Assembly: GCA_043228905.1 (NCBI GenBank)
Contig: JBHGNT010000007.1
Span: 18,662,001 to 18,726,000, forward strand
Direction of reading: 5' to 3'
DNA length: 64,000 nucleotides
Origin: Azolla caroliniana
Lineage: Eukaryota > Plantae > Polypodiophyta
Under the pieces are notes generated by a model. It was not told the DNA's origin. It did no database searches and saw only the letters and a list, made by a program, of their open reading frames with translations. A program made the translations under genes and the position numbers. Within the stretch, counting starts at the first letter, position 1; each line of letters starts with the position of its first letter. This document shows, in pieces, positions 59,656 to 64,000 of the stretch.

Positions 59656-62600
59656 CCATATAATATCCCGTGGTAAGAATTTACCGTAGTATTCTATACA
59701 CGTGGATAAGTGTGAGGGTTAAACGAGAGTGTGAAGAAGGGGAGGATTACTTTTAATCCTCGGGATTGAGACAACCCATTAGGTCAAGTGTGAACTTGCC
59801 TGGGGGCCTTGGGTATCGCTATAAATAAGAGGCCTAGCTACCCTCATTTGATGATCTTTTGACTACATCGAGACTCTGCTCGTGTGGTGGGTCAACTCTT
59901 GTAGCGAGCGCGCCAGCACTAGGTACGACTCGACGCCACGGCGGTGGTATGGGACGCCGATCGAGGCTCGAGTCCGTCTCGATCCCTTCGCTCGGGGGTG
60001 GTCGGGTGGATCGGCACCCTTCTTTCTCTTTCTCCTTTCTATCTTTCATTTCTTTATCCTTATCTTAAGCTTACATTAGTACTATGATCTATAATAACGC
60101 CGTAGTATCCGCAAACGAGAAGCTCCGCCGATCCACCCGTGAAAAGAACCCCATAAGCTGATTCGGCTACAACGATTATATGGTGTACCATTACGCCTTT
60201 ATGATGAAGGTAGCAACAGTACGGGAGCCGGAAACCTTTTCCGAAGCCACGAACGAGATGCGTGCATTACACAAGAACGAGACATGGGATCTCGTTCCCC
60301 ACTCACCACACAGGAAGGCGATCGGATGTAGATGGATCTACAAGGTGAAGTATAGGGTTTAGTGTAGAAAGGATACGCACAAACACATGGCGTCGACTAC
60401 GAAGAGACCTTTGCCCCAGTGGCAAAGATGACGATGGTGCGGACTGTGATCGCACTTGCAACGGCAAAAGGGTGGCACCTCCACCAAATGGACGTTAAGA
60501 ACGCCTTTCTTCAAGGCGAATTGGACGAGGAGGTGTACATGGTACAACCACCCGGCTTTGAATCACGCATTCATCCAAAAGCCGTATGCCAACTCAAGCA
60601 GCCTCTCTACGGCCTCAAGCAAGCACCGCGTGCTTGGCATTCGAAGATTACGCAATGTCTTCATCAAATCGGCTTTCGAATGTCGAAATTCGACAACTCC
60701 CTCTACGTACGATACGACTCTAGAAGCTTAATTGTCATCATCCTATACGTGGATGATTTGGTCATTGGAGGTGAAAGTCTAATCGACATCAACATGGTCA
60801 AGTCCCTCCTCTCCGGAAAATTCGAGATGACGGACATGAAGGAGCTCCATTACTTCCTTGGCATCGAAGTAATTCAGATTCCAGTTGGCATTATGATCTC
60901 TCAATGGCACTACATTCTCAACTTGTTATACAAGTTCGGGATGACGGAGTGCAAATCGATCGCTACGCCTCTGATTAGAAACCTCAAACTAGATGCCGAC
61001 TCCGGCACAAACGAGTGTGATCTGACTCCATATCGACAACTGATCGGGAGTCTCATCTATCTCACGATCACACGACCCGACCTTAGCTATCCGGTCGGAC
61101 TCCTTAGCCAATTCATGCAAACTCCGTGAGAGATCCATTTCGATTGCGCTAAGCGAGTATTACGATATGTGAGCAGAACAATGGATTATGGCATTCTCTA
61201 CGCATCGGCCACACCAATACGACTCAAAGGGTACACAGACGTGGACTGGGATGGCTACAAAGCCGATCGACGATCGACCTCCAGATTTGTCTTCTCCCTC
61301 AGCAGCAGAGCGATTTCATGGAGTAGCAAGAAGCAGCCTACCGTCGCTCTTTCGAGTACAGAGGCGGAATACAGGGGCGCAGCCGTAGTTGCATGTGAAG
61401 CCGTATGGCTCAAGAGGATTTTGAAGGATCTGGGCGTTCCCATCAAGCATCCGACTCCCCTTTACTACGACAACATGAGCAGTATATATCTGGCTCAAAA
61501 CCCAGTGTTCCACGCACGCACAAAACATATCGAAGTGCACTATCACTTCATTCGAGAGTGCCTACATGCCGGAGATGTCGACCTTCAACACATCAACGCG
61601 AACCTTCAGACGACCGACATCTTCACCAAAGATTTAGGAGCCGACAAGCTTCGGCAATTCATGTCTGACCTTGGATTGACAATCCCTGACTTGCCAAGCT
61701 TGAGGGGGAGTACAAGCGAGAACTGGATACCATCCGAACCGAGTACGAGCCAAAGCGGACACCGGAGATCGTCCAAACCTGATACCAACCGAAGCGGACA
61801 TCAATCGAAAGGAACCAACCCGAGTTGAGCTTGAGGAGGCATGTTGAGAATCAAGCTCAACATAGCACAACGTGTGAACACACCTTTTGAGAATCTATGA
61901 TTACTCAAAGGTCAAGAGCCACACCACTACTCTCTACACATTAACTATGTGTCATAGAATCATATTCTATGACACATAACTAATGAGTTACATATTCCCC
62001 ATGACTATGAGTCTTCACATTCCCCAAGAGAGAGGGTGATTCTATATAAAGCACCCTCCTCATACTTCATACTAAGTCGGTTGTGACTCCTTGTTATGCT
62101 AAATTTTGTAAATCTCATTCTACTTGTGAAATATACACCTTCTTCTTGAGTATTCTATTTTCCTATCATTTATCTATCTTGAGTTCTCTTTTCTCTCCAC
62201 TCTTCTTCTCTCACACATATACACGCATAACACACATCTATTCCGCTACACAACAATCACCATTGATTCTTTACAGCTACCTTCGCCTCGTCGGACGTGG
62301 CTACATATTCCGAGAAACCACATTGAAGGGCCCACAATAGAAACGTGAAGGGGCTTTCACAAGGTTCTCGATGAAATTTTTAGTATGTGAATCCAACCAC
62401 TAAGAAAGAAGTTATGAAAGATTGACATATGTTTTTTTTTGGATTGTGAGAGCCAAAGACCGTACTCTATCGTCAGAATAATGTCTAATAGGAAAGGACA
62501 AGTTCATAATTTTTCAGAAATCTTAAAACCTCGATTGCAATGTCAACATTGAGGAAATTTCCTTGAGTGCAACGTAGCATTTGAGTAAATTCCTTGCTCA

Positions 62601-63249
62601 AGGAAACTTCCTCAAATGTCATGTGTAAGGGGGATTTCCTTGATTCGAGGAAAGTGCCCTTATGTTGAGGTAATCTCCTCAATTTGAGGAAAGCTCGTGA
62701 CTCAAGTTAAGGAGTTTCTTCAAACCCAAGGAAAGCTTCCCTCGTACCTACTACTACTTCCATCATTGTCACACCGTGCTTGCACCTATTGCCACCACAA
62801 TTGTCGTTATTGTTGTTGCCACTCATCATTGTACCTGTACTCACTATTGATGTCCATAGGTGATGTAAATTGGCGTCATGCCCCCCTTTTTTCCAATTTT
62901 TTTTCACACTTCAAAAAAAAAACCATGACTTTCCCTAGAATACCCCGTTAAATATCCCTCAATTATTAATGACATACATGCACTTTACCTAAGATACATA
63001 CATATTTGTTTAAACACATCCACCTCGTACTTACATTCATTCATCCATACATACACATGTATACATCATAAATACACACATATATACATGCATGCATTCG
63101 TTCCTACATACAAGCAATAATTATGTAATTTAAACACACACACACACACACTTATGAGCAACCTCTGACCATATCTTGGGTTTGTGTTCTACAATAATGA
63201 CCATGAGCTGATTGACTTGTCACCATTCATGAACAATTACAACTCCCAT

Positions 63250-63850
63250 TCACGCTTATTTATGGTGCAATCAATCCTAGTATACACACTAATCCTAATG
63301 TTGAAGCATGCGTCCATGGCCGACACTCGCTAGTTTTTTGCAACAAGATCGAACATGTTATAAGGAGCATGCATATGCATGTTCCTACCTCAAACTTGGA
63401 ATAAAGGCTGGCAAAAAGCTATTGTTAAAGCACAAAAAAATCAAGATAAAACGACCATGCAACAAGCTTAGTCATATGTGCATTGAACCATTCCGTATAA
63501 AGCATGTCATCAACCACATAGCTTATGAACTTCAACTACAACCCACCATGTTGTTGCACTATGTGTTCCACGTTTCATTACTAGAACTTGTTCACATCTC
63601 ACGGTTTCCTAGTTGTACACAACCCCACTCCCATATGTGGAAGTTGATGACCATGAATAGTAAGAAGATGAAGGTATACTAGGCACACATTGTTGCAATA
63701 CCTTGTCAAGTAGTTGGGCTACCCTAATTCAAATTGCACATGGTAGCCTACAATCAATATCACCAATGAAATAGACACAGACACTATTTTCCATCAACAA
63801 TATCTAGGCAAGGCTACCCCCCCCCCCCCCCGAAGAAGCATGTCGTATGT
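63250..63850 (+). pseudogene. Highly decayed Tcn1-like integrase C-terminus and chromodomain
   Basis: KRPCNKL..EPF..AYELQL..VFHVSLLE resembles ORF 5757..6320. Confidence 0.75.
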
Positions 63851-64000
63851 CGTGGTCTCATACCATGAAGGGGCCACTCACCTACCACATCACTTATGTT
63901 TGTTGTAATTCCACATACCCATTTTAGGTATATAACCCACACCCATTTTGGTTCGTTCATTCTACTTGGAAATGAATATATATTACTATTTTTGTTCTAT

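Larger units (their letters stand above)
53078..60096 (+). mobile_element. Element F: full-length young chromovirus
   Basis: 455-bp LTRs 53078-53532 and 59642-60096, identical by eye, ending TG..TA. TSD ACGCC, PBS TGGTATCAGA, PPT AAAAGAGGGGGAG. Confidence 0.96.
36933..62275 (+). mobile_element. Copia C, hosting D (with E) and F
   Basis: LTRs 36933-37397 and 61842-62275 (about 5 substitutions and a 31-bp indel), TSD GCTAC, PBS TGGTATCAGAG. Coding pieces at 37569-38880, 51918-53077 and 60097-61828, with stops and deletions. Confidence 0.95.

Noticed and set aside
62313-63250. Possible host gene or other element
   Set aside because: Short low-complexity ORFs and microsatellite-like tracts only; no supportable call.

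Overview
This is eukaryotic plant DNA with no host gene I can support. It is a heterochromatin-like stack of nested LTR retrotransposons; the Tcn1/Tf-like chromovirus and tRNA-Trp-primed non-chromovirus Ty3 content suggests a non-seed plant such as a moss (inference). LTR pairs and target-site duplications (TSDs) resolve two main nests. Nest 1: an old Copia (1-2332) holds a Ty3 (2333-~21245), which holds Copia A (2811-20726). Copia A in turn holds a TA-flanked pogo-like DNA element, a Tcn1-like chromovirus carrying a solo LTR, a solo LTR carrying young Copia B (12056-17426), and a second solo LTR. Nest 2: Copia G holds Copia C (36933-62275), which holds Copia D (carrying intact Ty3 E, 40670-48068) and young chromovirus F (53078-60096). 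Decayed fragments fill 21245-35200 and 62300-64000. The most interesting signals are: (1) antisense tRNA-like A-box/B-box cassettes in the U3 of LTRs from two different Ty3 lineages; (2) a Ty3 family with 4-bp TSDs centred on CpG at all six sites; (3) a Tf1-type self-priming PBS; (4) two -1 frameshift sites with H-type pseudoknots; (5) a covarying hairpin over the PPT/U3 junction plus a duplicated PPT in one Copia clade; (6) a 5S-rRNA-derived insertion. All comparisons were made by eye, without database searches.
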